A stretch of DNA of 64,000 bases from Nitrosopumilus sp. (GCA_965205215.1 OZ242041.1:416001-480000); one strand, 5' to 3'. Shown: positions 38,490-49,417, counted from the first letter of the stretch. Numbers and translations: made by a program. The notes: generated by a model from the sequence alone, not told the origin.

Positions 38490-39197
38490 ATGGGCCGCAG
38501 CATTGGAACGTCGATTCCCGAGATGTTTCGCTCCGTTGATCTAGACGGCACCATAATTGACTGCAACCGCACGTATGCAGAGAGGCTGGGGTACCCCTTG
38601 GAGGAGGTAATCGGCAAGTCGTTTATTGACCACACGCCCGAGAAATACCGCGACGATCTGGTGGCCAACTTTGAGAGATGGAAGGAGACCCACGCGCACT
38701 CGGCCGGGCACATATTCCTCCTGACCAAGTCCGGCGAAGAGTTCGAGGTCATGCTGGCCGCGTCGAGCCTGTATGACGACCACAGGAACCTCATAGGCCG
38801 CAACTCCACGATGAGGGAGATCGCGCACCTCGAGGAGATGAGCAAGATGTACGACGTCTCTTCAAGGGAGGGGTACGAGCACCCGGAGATCCTGCACAGG
38901 TCGGTAAACTACAAAGGCATCATCATAGACTGCAACCAGACGTACGTTGACAGCCTGGGATACACAAAGGAGGAGGTGATAGGCGTCGACCTGCTGGAGC
39001 ACACAGCCCCGCGCTCCCGCGGTAACATAAGCGCCCACATGGAGAACTGGAGGAACGGGATACACGACACGGCAAAGATCTGGATGCTGCGGAAGGACAA
39101 GAGCGAGTTTCTCGTGTCCCTTACCGCCACGGATGAGCGTGACGAGGACGGCGCTCTGGTCGGCAGGACCGTCGCGCTCAGGCCCGTCAAGCAGTGA
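38490..39197 (+). CDS. Stand-alone tandem PAS-domain protein
   Basis: Two repeats of G.IIDCN.TY...LGY..EEVIG; no output domain. Confidence 0.88.
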   Translation: MGRSIGTSIPEMFRSVDLDGTIIDCNRTYAERLGYPLEEVIGKSFIDHTPEKYRDDLVANFERWKETHAHSAGHIFLLTKSGEEFEVMLAASSLYDDHRNLIGRNSTMREIAHLEEMSKMYDVSSREGYEHPEILHRSVNYKGIIIDCNQTYVDSLGYTKEEVIGVDLLEHTAPRSRGNISAHMENWRNGIHDTAKIWMLRKDKSEFLVSLTATDERDEDGALVGRTVALRPVKQ

Positions 39198-39277
39198 TGC
39201 GCCGCAGCCGCCGCCGCTAACAGCAGTAGCAGCAACAACAACGGTCGAGCCCGTGCAGTTTCTACAACGACGCGTCT

Positions 39278-40210
39278 TCACGCGACCCGTATCTCCATGC
39301 GGTCCGCCGCGGCGGTCACGCAGGGATGGATCCTCCGCGCCTCGGCCAGGTGCCCGGCGTCGTCCCTGTATCTGGCAGAAAAGTGCGTCAGGATCAGGTT
39401 CTTGGCGCCGGCAGACTTTGCCAGCGAGGCCGCCTGGGACGCCGTCGAGTGCCTGGTCTCCGCGGCCCTCTGCTGCTCCCCGTCAAGAAAGGTGGCGTCA
39501 AATATGAGATAGTCGCACCCCGCAAAGAACTCTTCGAGCTCCGCGCTTGGCATCGTGTCCCCGGATATGCCTATGACCTTTCCGGGGCGCTCCTCCCCCA
39601 GAACCTGCTCGGGCCTGAACGTCTTGCCGTCCACCACCACCTCGCGCCCTTCTTGGAGCCGCCCCCACAGGCGCCCCCTCGGTATGCCCAGCTTTGCGGC
39701 GTTCTCCTCGATGAATCTTCCGGGTTTGTTCTTCTCGCGGAGCACGTACGAGAACGCCGTTATCGTGTGGCTTGCCCTGCACGCCAGAATCTCATAATCG
39801 CCGCGCCGCCCGCCCCCGCCTCGTCCGTCGCCCCCGTATCCGACCACCGCGCCGGGACTGACCGTTCCGATGGTTATGGGAAAGGTCGGAGCAAAGCCGA
39901 GCATGCGGATGTTTGCGGTTACAAACTCCTCGATGCCGGCGGGCCCGAATATCTCAAGCGGCTCGGTCCTGCGCTGCATGGACATTGTCTGCAGGAGCCC
40001 CAGTATTCCTATGCAGTGGTCGCCGTGAAGGTGCGTGATGAATATCCTCATCCTCTTGTTCCATCCCAGCCCCGTCTTGGCGTACGCGGTCTGGGCGCAC
40101 TCGCCTGCGTCAAACATGATGATCTCGCCGTTCCTCTCTATGCAGGTGCATGAGAGGCCCCTTGACGCGGTGGGCTGTGCGGCAGACGTGCCCAGAAACA
40201 GGATTCTCAT
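39278..40210 (-). CDS. rnz: Ribonuclease Z
   Basis: [31 protein letters not shown]. Confidence 0.95.
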   Translation of the reverse strand: MRILFLGTSAAQPTASRGLSCTCIERNGEIIMFDAGECAQTAYAKTGLGWNKRMRIFITHLHGDHCIGILGLLQTMSMQRRTEPLEIFGPAGIEEFVTANIRMLGFAPTFPITIGTVSPGAVVGYGGDGRGGGGRRGDYEILACRASHTITAFSYVLREKNKPGRFIEENAAKLGIPRGRLWGRLQEGREVVVDGKTFRPEQVLGEERPGKVIGISGDTMPSAELEEFFAGCDYLIFDATFLDGEQQRAAETRHSTASQAASLAKSAGAKNLILTHFSARYRDDAGHLAEARRIHPCVTAAADRMEIRVA

Positions 40211-40251
40211 ATGCTGGTACCTGGCACGCGTGATGCTTTATGCATACCCAT

Positions 40252-41166
40252 TTACCTCCGCCGCCTTCTCTTCAGGATCCTGACAATCTCGTCTGATACG
40301 TCGACTGACGCGACTCCCCTGCCGGCGGGTATGGTGTTGGCGCAGACTATCTTGCCGACTCCCGCCCTCCTTATCTTGGATTTGGCGCCGTCCGCGAGCA
40401 GGGCGTGCGTGCATGCGGCAAATATGCGCCCGCAGCCCTGCTTTTTTAGAAACTCCGCGGCCTTGACAACGCTTCCCCCGGTGCTTATCATGTCGTCGAT
40501 TATAATGGCGTCCCTGCCTGCCACGGCCCCCGCCTTCTCGGTCTTTATGCTCACGGCCCCCGTCCTCCTGTCCCTTGACTTTTCGAGCACCAGCAGGTCG
40601 CACCCCATCTCCGACGCGAACCGCTCGGCCCTCCTTGCGCCCCCCTTGTCGGGGGACACCGCAATGGGACTCTCCAGCCTGATGCCGTCAAAGTGCCGCG
40701 CCAGCGCGGGTATGGCAGACACGTTGGTCATGCCCCGCGTACCGAGCAGCGCAAGCCCCTTCTCACTGTGTATGTCTACCACCACGATCCTGGCGGCGCC
40801 GGCGCTTCTGAGCATTTTGCCGAGCACCTTTGCTGATATGATCTCGCCCGGAAGGAACTCGGCGTCCTGCCTTGCATATCCAACGTACGGGATCACCGCG
40901 GTTACATCCTTGGTGTCCTCGCTTATCCTTGATATGAGGCAGAGCGCCCTGAACAGGTTGGTGTCCACGGGCGGGTGGAGCGACTGCACTATGACCGCCC
41001 TCTCGTATCCGGCGGTCCTGCCCCCGAGCCTCATCTTGCTCTCCCCGTCGGCAAACACGCGCACCTCCGTGGTGATCAGCCTGGCGCCAATCTTTCCCGC
41101 TATGCTCCTGGCAAGGCCGTCCGAGGAGCCACCCGATAACACGCACGTCCCCTTTCTCTGCGCCAT
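40252..41166 (-). CDS. prs: Ribose-phosphate pyrophosphokinase
   Basis: FADGE, YARQD, SPDKGG, IIDDMISTGGS. Confidence 0.95.
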   Translation of the reverse strand: MAQRKGTCVLSGGSSDGLARSIAGKIGARLITTEVRVFADGESKMRLGGRTAGYERAVIVQSLHPPVDTNLFRALCLISRISEDTKDVTAVIPYVGYARQDAEFLPGEIISAKVLGKMLRSAGAARIVVVDIHSEKGLALLGTRGMTNVSAIPALARHFDGIRLESPIAVSPDKGGARRAERFASEMGCDLLVLEKSRDRRTGAVSIKTEKAGAVAGRDAIIIDDMISTGGSVVKAAEFLKKQGCGRIFAACTHALLADGAKSKIRRAGVGKIVCANTIPAGRGVASVDVSDEIVRILKRRRRR

Positions 41167-41320
41167 GTCGGCCGTATCCTGCACTGCATCTTAAATCTTG
41201 AGAGGGGCGTACGCGCGCGGCCTGCCGGGTGGCGCAGCCTTTCCTACCTTGCATGAAGCCTGTTGGCGCCGCAGCCGCAGCCGCAGCCGCCGCACCGCGG
41301 CATCGGGAGCGGGCGTAAAC

Positions 41321-43066
41321 CTAGTCCTCGCCCTCGCCGCGCCCGTCTGTGCCCGCGCCATACTCGTCGATCACCTTGTCCCTCTCCTTGTCGAGCGCCC
41401 CGATCTCTTCGGCCTCCCTCTTCTCGTCCCCTTGGTATACGGTCCTGATGGGCCACGGTATCCTGATGTCGTACCGCTTGAACTCCTCATACATCATGAT
41501 CCTCATCTCCGTCGTCGTCTTGAACTGCGCGCCGTAGTTGCGCACGTACACCCACAGCGCAAAGTCGAGTGACGAGTCGTTAAAGTTCTGGAACCTGACG
41601 ACCGGCTGCGTCACGTCCACGTGCAGGTCCTTGTCGCAGCCGCAGCTGGGCTTGTTCTGGTCTAGGTACGGGCACCGGTACTGCCTTACGAGGTGCTTGC
41701 CCTTGAGGTCGACTATCTCGCTCATTGCGCGCCTGCCCACCTTTGTAAGGATGGCCTCGACCTGCTTGGGGTCATTTAGGTACGACACCCCGACCTTTAC
41801 GGTTGCAGGCACGAGCTGGTTCTCCTTTGTGTAGTTTATGATCTGGGACTCTACGAGGCTGCTTGTTGGAATGACTGCGACTGACTCGTGGAGCGCGTCC
41901 CTCACGTACGTGACAAGCGGCGTTATCCTGTGCACCAGGCCGTTGTATCCGGACTCCAGCTGTATCCGGTCCCCCTCCTTAAAGACGCTGTCCTTTCTGA
42001 TCCGCAGGTACGCAAAATAGTTCTTCATGGTCTCCTGCAGGGCCAGTCCCAGGCCTATCGAGAAGCCGCCGGTTGCCGTCGCGACCACGAACAGGTCCAC
42101 GCCCCACCACCCAAGCACGCCCAGAATGGTCGCCGCAAAGAGCCCGATGGGCATGAGCTGCTTTATGGACTTTGGCAGCTCGTGCCTCTTCTTGGCCGCG
42201 TATCCGGGGGGGTGCGCGCTCGGGACGACGTGCTCGTATCCGCCAAGCCGCTTCTCCTCCCTCCAGAGGTCGATGGGATATATCTCCGCCACCTTCATGC
42301 CCGGCCTCAGCTTTATGCCGGACTGGTTGTTGCCGCTCGTGCAGTCGGTGTAATACTTTGCGTACTTGGCGCGCTCCGACTTCTTCCACTCCTCGAGCGG
42401 ATTTTTTACCCTCTTTTCATACATGCCTATCGGGTTTCCCTTTGTGGTGCGGAACTGCTCAAGCTGCGCCATGCCCTCCTCCGTGCCCGTCAGCTTGCGG
42501 AACTCCTCGGCATCCATGCCCTCGGGGGCCTCCTTTGGGGGGGTCCACTTGTACAGTTTGTGGAAGAGGTCGCCGTCGTCGTCTGAAAACCCCCTCATCT
42601 CAAACCACGCGTCAAAGTCGCCCTTCTCGTCGATCGTGCGGTCGCGCTTTGTCAGTATTATTGGAATCATCTGGGAGGCTGCATAGCCGACCACGATTAT
42701 GGTGAACGTGTTGAGGATCTTGGCAAACGTCTCGCTTGCGCTGAGCATGCCGTCGGGCGCGGCCGCTTGTCCCCCCGGATCCTCGGTCAGGACGTTGGTC
42801 TGCACGTGCACGTTTATGGCCGCAATCAGGACTATGGCTATGATGGGCAGCATGACGCTGCGCAGGAACTTCGATATGTGCGGCCTCTCGTAGTAGAACC
42901 TCTGCGTGGCCATCCACGAGGAGAACCTCTTGTATATGGCGACAATCCCTATTATCCCGGCCGTCATGATGATGAATGCAATCTGGAGCGCCTCTGAGGT
43001 GGCAAGCAGGTGCGGGACGGTCTCAAACTGCCCCGCCGTAATCTGCGACAGCTCCTCGCCGGCCAT
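41321..43066 (-). CDS. MscS-family mechanosensitive channel with large insertion
   Basis: GLALQETMKNYFA, FKEGDRI, VGVSY, FNDSSLDF, IRIPWP. Confidence 0.88.
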   Translation of the reverse strand: MAGEELSQITAGQFETVPHLLATSEALQIAFIIMTAGIIGIVAIYKRFSSWMATQRFYYERPHISKFLRSVMLPIIAIVLIAAINVHVQTNVLTEDPGGQAAAPDGMLSASETFAKILNTFTIIVVGYAASQMIPIILTKRDRTIDEKGDFDAWFEMRGFSDDDGDLFHKLYKWTPPKEAPEGMDAEEFRKLTGTEEGMAQLEQFRTTKGNPIGMYEKRVKNPLEEWKKSERAKYAKYYTDCTSGNNQSGIKLRPGMKVAEIYPIDLWREEKRLGGYEHVVPSAHPPGYAAKKRHELPKSIKQLMPIGLFAATILGVLGWWGVDLFVVATATGGFSIGLGLALQETMKNYFAYLRIRKDSVFKEGDRIQLESGYNGLVHRITPLVTYVRDALHESVAVIPTSSLVESQIINYTKENQLVPATVKVGVSYLNDPKQVEAILTKVGRRAMSEIVDLKGKHLVRQYRCPYLDQNKPSCGCDKDLHVDVTQPVVRFQNFNDSSLDFALWVYVRNYGAQFKTTTEMRIMMYEEFKRYDIRIPWPIRTVYQGDEKREAEEIGALDKERDKVIDEYGAGTDGRGEGED

Positions 43067-43269
43067 GTCACTTCCTTCCCCGACGCCGCGGCGCTCTTCC
43101 GGTTTCCGTCTCCACACGTGCTGGCATCATGATACTCAGAGGGATCATCTCTCATGCACGTTATATCATTTTGTCCCCTCCCCCGTGCGTCATGCAGCAC
43201 GCGTGCGCCCGCCCCGGCCGTCCGCGCTGCCGCACGATCTAAAGGTTTAACAATAATCCTAACCGAATA

Positions 43270-44682
43270 GTGACACTCATGACGTATCAGGAGACCGTAT
43301 GGGACGACGCGGCCGGCTCCCCGGCGCTCAAGTCATACACGCTGGCCAACTTCAGGAGCCTTCCGCAGATCGAGGCCCTCCCGGAGCAGGCGGTATCGGA
43401 GATGGAGGTGGTGGGCAACGTCCTCCCGTTCAAGGCCAACAACTACGTGGTCGAGCGGCTCATAGACTGGTCCGACATACCAAACGACCCGATCTTCGTG
43501 CTGACCTTCCCCCAGAGGGGGATGCTAAAGCCGGACCACTACGCAAAGATGGAGGCCGCGCTGGAGGGGGGCGCCGGCAAGGAGGAGATCGCGCGGGTGG
43601 CAAACGAGATACGCCTGCAGCTCAACCCGCACCCGGCCGGACAGATGGAGCTCAACGTCCCGGCGCTCCGGGACGGGACAAAGCTGTACGGCATGCAGCA
43701 CAAGTACAAGGAGACCTGCCTCTTCTTTCCAAGCCAGAGCCAGACCTGCCACGCGTACTGCAGCTTTTGCTTTAGGTGGCCGCAGTTCGTCGGGATGGAC
43801 GAGATGAAGTTTGCAATGAAGGAGGGCGAGCAGCTGGTCCAGTACGTGTCGGAGCATCCCGAGATAACCGACATCCTGTTTACCGGCGGCGATCCGATGA
43901 TAATGAAGGCGCGCATATTTGCAAAGTATGCGGACGCCATAATAGAGTCGAGGCTCCCGCACCTCAAGACCGTCAGGATAGGCACAAAGGCGCTCGCGTA
44001 CTGGCCGTACAAGTTCCTGACGGACCCCGACGCGGAGGAGATGCTCGACGTGTTCCGCCGCATAACCGAGAGCGGGCTGCACCTCGCGTTCATGTCACAC
44101 TTTAACCACCTCAACGAGCTCTCGACTGACGCGGTGGCGGCCGCCATCAAGAAGGTCAGGGCCACGGGCGCGCAGATAAGGACGCAGTCGCCGCTGCTTG
44201 CACACATAAACGACGACGCGCAGATGTGGGGGCGCATGTGGACCAAGCAGGTCAGCATGGGCTGCATTCCGTACTACATGTTCGTGGTCAGGGACACGGG
44301 CGCGCAGCACTACTTTGGCGTGCCGCTTGTCAGGGCGTACGAGATATTCAGCAGGGCGTACTCGTCAGTCAGCGGGCTGGCAAGGACGGTCAGGGGCCCC
44401 AGCATGTCGGCCACGCCCGGCAAGGTGCAGGTCTCCGGCGTCGCCACGATAGGCGGCCAAAAGATGCTCGTGCTCAGGTTCCTGCAGGGAAGGAACCCCG
44501 ACTGGGCGCACACACCGTTCTTTGCGAAATATGACGAGGACGCCATATGGCTTGACGACCTCAGGCCGGTGGAGGGCTCTAGGTTCTTCTTTGAGGACGA
44601 GCTTGACGCGATAAAGGCGGCAAAGCAGCAGGCAGGGCATAGCAGTACGCGCCCGGGCCAGGACCCCCCGCAGGAAAACTGA
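43270..44682 (+). CDS. KamA-family radical SAM 2,3-aminomutase
   Basis: GMQHKY, CHAYCSFCFR, FTGGDP, HFNH, PYYMF. Confidence 0.88.
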   Translation: MTLMTYQETVWDDAAGSPALKSYTLANFRSLPQIEALPEQAVSEMEVVGNVLPFKANNYVVERLIDWSDIPNDPIFVLTFPQRGMLKPDHYAKMEAALEGGAGKEEIARVANEIRLQLNPHPAGQMELNVPALRDGTKLYGMQHKYKETCLFFPSQSQTCHAYCSFCFRWPQFVGMDEMKFAMKEGEQLVQYVSEHPEITDILFTGGDPMIMKARIFAKYADAIIESRLPHLKTVRIGTKALAYWPYKFLTDPDAEEMLDVFRRITESGLHLAFMSHFNHLNELSTDAVAAAIKKVRATGAQIRTQSPLLAHINDDAQMWGRMWTKQVSMGCIPYYMFVVRDTGAQHYFGVPLVRAYEIFSRAYSSVSGLARTVRGPSMSATPGKVQVSGVATIGGQKMLVLRFLQGRNPDWAHTPFFAKYDEDAIWLDDLRPVEGSRFFFEDELDAIKAAKQQAGHSSTRPGQDPPQEN

Positions 44683-44870
44683 TCAACTAGCAACGAGGAT
44701 TGGCCACGACCCGGACACCGGTCCCCCGACTAGACGTATGCCAAACCCCGCCCGGGGCGTTCCCGGGCAAGAAGGCCGCAAAAGCGATCAGGAAAGGGCG
44801 GCCCCCGCCGGATGGAGTCGGAGCGACGGTGCGACATAGTCTTTTATAGCATACTTGTCAAAGCGCCGGC

Positions 44871-46046
44871 ATGTCCAGAAATAGCATGGGCCGGAGGCTC
44901 GTGCTATCAAGTTTTGGCGAGGCCAACGGACAACTGATCGGAGCCATGCTTGACGGCTGCCCCGCCGGCATGGAGCTCTCAGAGGCCGACATCCAGCCCA
45001 TGCTTGACCGGCGCAGGCCCGGGCAGAGCATCCTCTATACCCAGCGCAAGGAGGGTGACGTCGTCAGGATAATCTCTGGCACGTACCGCGGGCGCACGAC
45101 GGGCGCGCCAATTGCAATGATCATGGAAAACCAAGACACACCCTCGACCCACTATGAGCTCCTGAGGGCGTACCTTAGGCCCGGACACGCCGATTATACG
45201 GCCATGGTAAAGTACGGCCGCTTCAACGACATCCGGGGCAGCGGCAGGTTCTCTGGCAGGATCACCGCCACGTACGTGATGGCTGGGGCAATTGCACGAA
45301 AGCTTCTCAGGATCTCGCTTGGCGTCGAGACCTGTTCGTACGTCCAGTCGGTGGGCGCGACTACCATGGCGGCGGATACGACGGGGACGTCCGCAGCTGC
45401 GCAGCGTGGTGGTAGTGGATCCGCCGTCGCATATGACGATGCCGCGATATACGGCAACGACCTAAGATGCCCCGATCCCGCCACCGCCGCCGCCATGAGG
45501 GAAACCCTACTGGACACGAAGAGGAGGGCCGACTCGATCGGGGGCGTCGTACAATCCGTGACGACCGGGGTGCCGGTCGGACTGGGCGAGCCCATCTTCG
45601 GCTCCCTCGAGTCCGACATAAGCTCGGCCATGTTCTCGATTCCGTCCGTCAAGGGCGTGGAGTTTGGTTCCGGCTTTGCCGGCTCGGAGCTTTGCGGCTC
45701 GGAGAACAACGACACGTTCGCGCTTGCAGACGACCATGACGGCAGCGGTGGCAGCCCGCGCATAATAACGCGCACGAACAACTCCGGCGGCATTCTGGGA
45801 GGGATATCAAACGGCATGCCCATCACGATGAGGGTCGCCTTCAAGCCGGTCCCCTCCCTGCTGAAGGAACAACCCGCCGTCAACGTAGACACGATGAGCG
45901 AAGCCCCGCTGACCATCAAGGGTCGGTTCGACCAGTGTGCGGTCCCGCGGGCGCCGCCGATAGTCGACGCGCTGGTCTCGCTTGTAATAGCCGACCACGC
46001 GCTTGTATCCGGGCATATGGGGCCGGTGCTCCGCGACGAGAGCTGA
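44871..46046 (+). CDS. aroC: Chorismate synthase homolog, divergent
   Basis: RRRPGQS, TTGAPI, RPGHAD, IPSVKGVEFG, NNSGGILGGISNG, FKP. Confidence 0.85.
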   Translation: MSRNSMGRRLVLSSFGEANGQLIGAMLDGCPAGMELSEADIQPMLDRRRPGQSILYTQRKEGDVVRIISGTYRGRTTGAPIAMIMENQDTPSTHYELLRAYLRPGHADYTAMVKYGRFNDIRGSGRFSGRITATYVMAGAIARKLLRISLGVETCSYVQSVGATTMAADTTGTSAAAQRGGSGSAVAYDDAAIYGNDLRCPDPATAAAMRETLLDTKRRADSIGGVVQSVTTGVPVGLGEPIFGSLESDISSAMFSIPSVKGVEFGSGFAGSELCGSENNDTFALADDHDGSGGSPRIITRTNNSGGILGGISNGMPITMRVAFKPVPSLLKEQPAVNVDTMSEAPLTIKGRFDQCAVPRAPPIVDALVSLVIADHALVSGHMGPVLRDES

Positions 46047-46149
46047 CGATCCGGATGCGCCGCGCCGCGGGGCTGGGGGCAGGGAGCACAACTCTTGGGC
46101 TGGCTGCTGGCGCGCTTGCCATTAAATAACACCCCTGCAACGGTATGTC

Positions 46150-47637
46150 ATGAGCACCGGAAGCGAGGAGATGACGACAGGCAGGGTTCTTGACGTCATC
46201 GAGAGCGAGGGCATCTCCTTTGTCGACTTTTGGTTTGTGGACGTCTTCGGCGAGCTGCACAATGTGGGGATGCCCACCTATGCGATAGACGAGGACAACT
46301 TTGTAAACGGGCTTGAAAAGCTGGACGGAAGCTCCATTGTGGGGTTCAAGACGGTCAACAAGTCCGACATGGTGATGCTGCCTGACCCGTCCACGTTCCG
46401 TATACTTCCCGACGACTATGACATGGGCGCAGGCAGCGGCGGCGGCCACGGCCGCAAGAACGCGCGGATAATATGCGACCTGTACGATGGGAGCACGCAT
46501 CCGGACGCCAGGTACAACCGGGACTCACGCGGAATAGCCGAAAAGGCGGCGGGCAAGCTGTCCGAGCTCGGGTTCACGCACACGAACTGGGGGCCAGAGA
46601 TAGAGTTCTTCATATTCGACGCGATAAACGTGTATCCCTCGCCGTACGCGGCGACCCACTCCGGCGCGGGCTCTGGGTACTCGATCGAGTCCAAGGAGTC
46701 GCCCTGGTCCAAGGGAAACGTCAGTACTGCCATCGAGGTTCGCGAGGGGTACTATCCCTCGCAGCCAAAGGACACTCTTGACGGGTTCCGCAAGGACGTC
46801 TGCGTGGACCTGTACCGCCACTTTGGCATAGAGGTCGAGGCCGAGCACCACGAGGTTGCGACGTCCGGCCAGTGCGAGGTCAACCTCCGGTACGGGCGCA
46901 TGATACAGATGGCCGACAACGTGGTCACGGTGAAGAACCTCGTAAAGGTAAAGGCAAAGCGCAAGAACAGGGTGGCGACGTTCATGCCAAAGCCGATATT
47001 CGGCGACAACGCGTCGGCCATGCACACGCACCAGAGCCTGTGGAACGGCCAGACAAACGAGATGTACGACGAGGACGACCTGGTTGCGCAGATCAGCCAG
47101 GCCGGCAGGTACTACGTGGGGGGCATACTGGATCACGCAGAGGCGCTCTGCGCCATAACAAACCCCACCACGAACTCGTACAAGCGGCTCGTTCCGGGCT
47201 TTGAGGCGCCGGTAAACGTCTGCTGGGGCCTGGGAAACCGCTCTGCGGCCGTGAGGGTGCCCATGTATACCCGGCACCAGGAGAAGAGCAAGAGGATCGA
47301 GTACCGCGTGCCGGACCCGACTGCCAACATCTACCTGCTGGAGGCGGCTCTGCTGCTGGCCGGGCTTGACGGCATCCGGAGAAAGCTTGATCCGGGCGAC
47401 CCCGTCGAGGAGAACGTATACAGGCTCACCCCCGAGAAGAAGCGCGAGTACAACATCAGCTCGCTGCCCGCGTCGCTGAAGGGCGCCCTCGACTCGCTCG
47501 CAAGCGACAGGGAGTTCCTCGTAGACGTGTTTACAAGGGACTTTCTAGAGGTGTACGCAGACCTAAAGTACAGCGAGTACTCGTCGTTTGCACAGACCCC
47601 CACCGCGTGGGAGATCTCCATGTATGCGGACGCCTAG
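46150..47637 (+). CDS. glnA: Second glutamine synthetase type I paralog
   Basis: DGSSI, GPEIEFF, HHEVATSGQCE, SYKRLVPGFEAP, NRSA, IEYRVPDP; NASAMH where the first copy has GSGMH. Confidence 0.93.
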   Translation: MSTGSEEMTTGRVLDVIESEGISFVDFWFVDVFGELHNVGMPTYAIDEDNFVNGLEKLDGSSIVGFKTVNKSDMVMLPDPSTFRILPDDYDMGAGSGGGHGRKNARIICDLYDGSTHPDARYNRDSRGIAEKAAGKLSELGFTHTNWGPEIEFFIFDAINVYPSPYAATHSGAGSGYSIESKESPWSKGNVSTAIEVREGYYPSQPKDTLDGFRKDVCVDLYRHFGIEVEAEHHEVATSGQCEVNLRYGRMIQMADNVVTVKNLVKVKAKRKNRVATFMPKPIFGDNASAMHTHQSLWNGQTNEMYDEDDLVAQISQAGRYYVGGILDHAEALCAITNPTTNSYKRLVPGFEAPVNVCWGLGNRSAAVRVPMYTRHQEKSKRIEYRVPDPTANIYLLEAALLLAGLDGIRRKLDPGDPVEENVYRLTPEKKREYNISSLPASLKGALDSLASDREFLVDVFTRDFLEVYADLKYSEYSSFAQTPTAWEISMYADA

Positions 47638-47738
47638 CCGCTCTTACCACCACCGCGCCGCCGCCGCCGCCGCCGCCGCCGCACTGCGGCGCATCAAACC
47701 ACAAATATGAAACCCGGCTGACCCACTGCAGGTCTGGG

Positions 47739-48929
47739 ATGGTCGAATCAAACTATGACATTCTGGGGGTGCCCGAGGACTCCACGGATAGGGAGATCCG
47801 GGACGCGTTCAGGCAGCTTGCGCTCCGGCTGCACTCTGATCGCGGGGGCGAGAGCAAGCAGTTCATCCGCATCAAGCAGGCGTACGAGGATCTGAAGGCG
47901 GGCAAAAAGTATCCGGACACGGACGACGAGCGCCTGAGAAACTCGAGGGTGTTTGCAGGGGACACGGACGCCGACGTGAAGAGGCGCAACCAGATACTGG
48001 GCCAGCAGATACACAAGGAGATGATGGCCGCCGAGGAGTGGGCGGCCGCCCTGAACCGCGCCAACATGACCGCGTCAAAACTGTTCGGCTCAAAGACGCT
48101 GGGGGAGATCGAGCTTGAGCGCAAGGCAAACGGCGCCCTCTCGATAAAGGGCAACTTTATGGCCGGCAGCCTGACGTATGACGGCCCCATTACGATGAGC
48201 GGCAACGTTACAAGCCCGTCGTGGGCAGAGGAGTACCGCACCCGGATACGGCTCACCCGGGGTGACTTCAAGCTGGTGAACCCGCTTGAGAACAAGTACA
48301 GGATAGAGAACGGGGCCTCCATTACAGTGGAGGACGGCAGCGCCATCGTCGGAAACGTGTTCGGCCGCAAGTACAGGGTGGACGACCAAGAGGGCAGGGT
48401 CGGCGTGTTCCACATGCAAGAATACCGCACCAGGATCTCGGCCCCCCGGGGCAGGATAATCGCCGAGAACGTGGTCAATACGGTCTCGCTGGAGGCCGAC
48501 ACCGTGATGGTGCTCAACGTGGAGGACGACGTGGTGATATCTGCCCGCGAGCTGCTGTTTTACGGCGGCAAGCTTACGTACGATTCGACGATTATACTGA
48601 GGCGCGGCGGCACCATCCGGTTCTTTGAACAGTTCTCGATACAGGGGCTGAGCGGCGATGCCGTGATAAAGCTGGAGGGTTCGGGCAAGGCCATACGCCT
48701 CTTCAACCTCAAGACCAAGCGCATAAGGACGCTTCCCGACGAGCTTGTCCGGGACAAGGAATCGTATGCAAAGGACGCGACCATGGTGGGGGGCGGGTTT
48801 ACCATAACATACGAGATGCTTGAGAGCATATCGGTGGGCCAGAAGCCGTCAAAGAGGAAGGACAAGAGGGAAGAAAAGCCGTCGGGAGGGGGCTGGGCCG
48901 CAAGGTTCGGATTCGGGCAGCGGCAATAG
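47739..48929 (+). CDS. J-domain protein with beta-rich C-terminal region
   Basis: YDILGV..FRQLALRLHSDRGG..F.RIKQAYEDL. Confidence 0.8.
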   Translation: MVESNYDILGVPEDSTDREIRDAFRQLALRLHSDRGGESKQFIRIKQAYEDLKAGKKYPDTDDERLRNSRVFAGDTDADVKRRNQILGQQIHKEMMAAEEWAAALNRANMTASKLFGSKTLGEIELERKANGALSIKGNFMAGSLTYDGPITMSGNVTSPSWAEEYRTRIRLTRGDFKLVNPLENKYRIENGASITVEDGSAIVGNVFGRKYRVDDQEGRVGVFHMQEYRTRISAPRGRIIAENVVNTVSLEADTVMVLNVEDDVVISARELLFYGGKLTYDSTIILRRGGTIRFFEQFSIQGLSGDAVIKLEGSGKAIRLFNLKTKRIRTLPDELVRDKESYAKDATMVGGGFTITYEMLESISVGQKPSKRKDKREEKPSGGGWAARFGFGQRQ

Positions 48930-49005
48930 CCGCCGCCGTGACCACTACGCCCCGGCGCGGCGAACCCGTTCAAAAATAAAATAAGAAAAAAGGTTTGGAA
49001 CCGAC

Positions 49006-49305
49006 TTAGTCAATCAGTTCAGTCCAGCCCTTTACAAAGACCGAGTTCTTGTAGAGTGGCACAGGTTGTCCGACGGTAAAGTCCATCGGCCTCATCCAAA
49101 AGATTGCCTTTGTCGGGCACACGCCAATGCATGCGCCGTCAGAGATGCATCTCTCCGGATAAAAGACAAACGCCTTGCCTCTCTTCCAGCCCTCGACTGG
49201 TTTTACTCTTAGCACATCAGGTCCCAGAGATGTACAGATCTCCACACATAGTGCACAGCCTATGCACATCTGCTCGCTGATGTCAGGAATAATTCCTACT
49301 GGCAT
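49006..49305 (-). CDS. 2[4Fe-4S] ferredoxin
   Basis: CIGCALCVEIC and CISDGACIGVCP. Confidence 0.93.
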   Translation of the reverse strand: MPVGIIPDISEQMCIGCALCVEICTSLGPDVLRVKPVEGWKRGKAFVFYPERCISDGACIGVCPTKAIFWMRPMDFTVGQPVPLYKNSVFVKGWTELID

Positions 49306-49417
49306 TGTGATTCAGAATCTCCATTCATTGTTAATAAGGCTTGCCGTAAAACCATGACCTATAACGGCGTTTGCCGTTTTATAACACCGTTATGAAAGCG
49401 ATCGCATGCCGTTGCTG

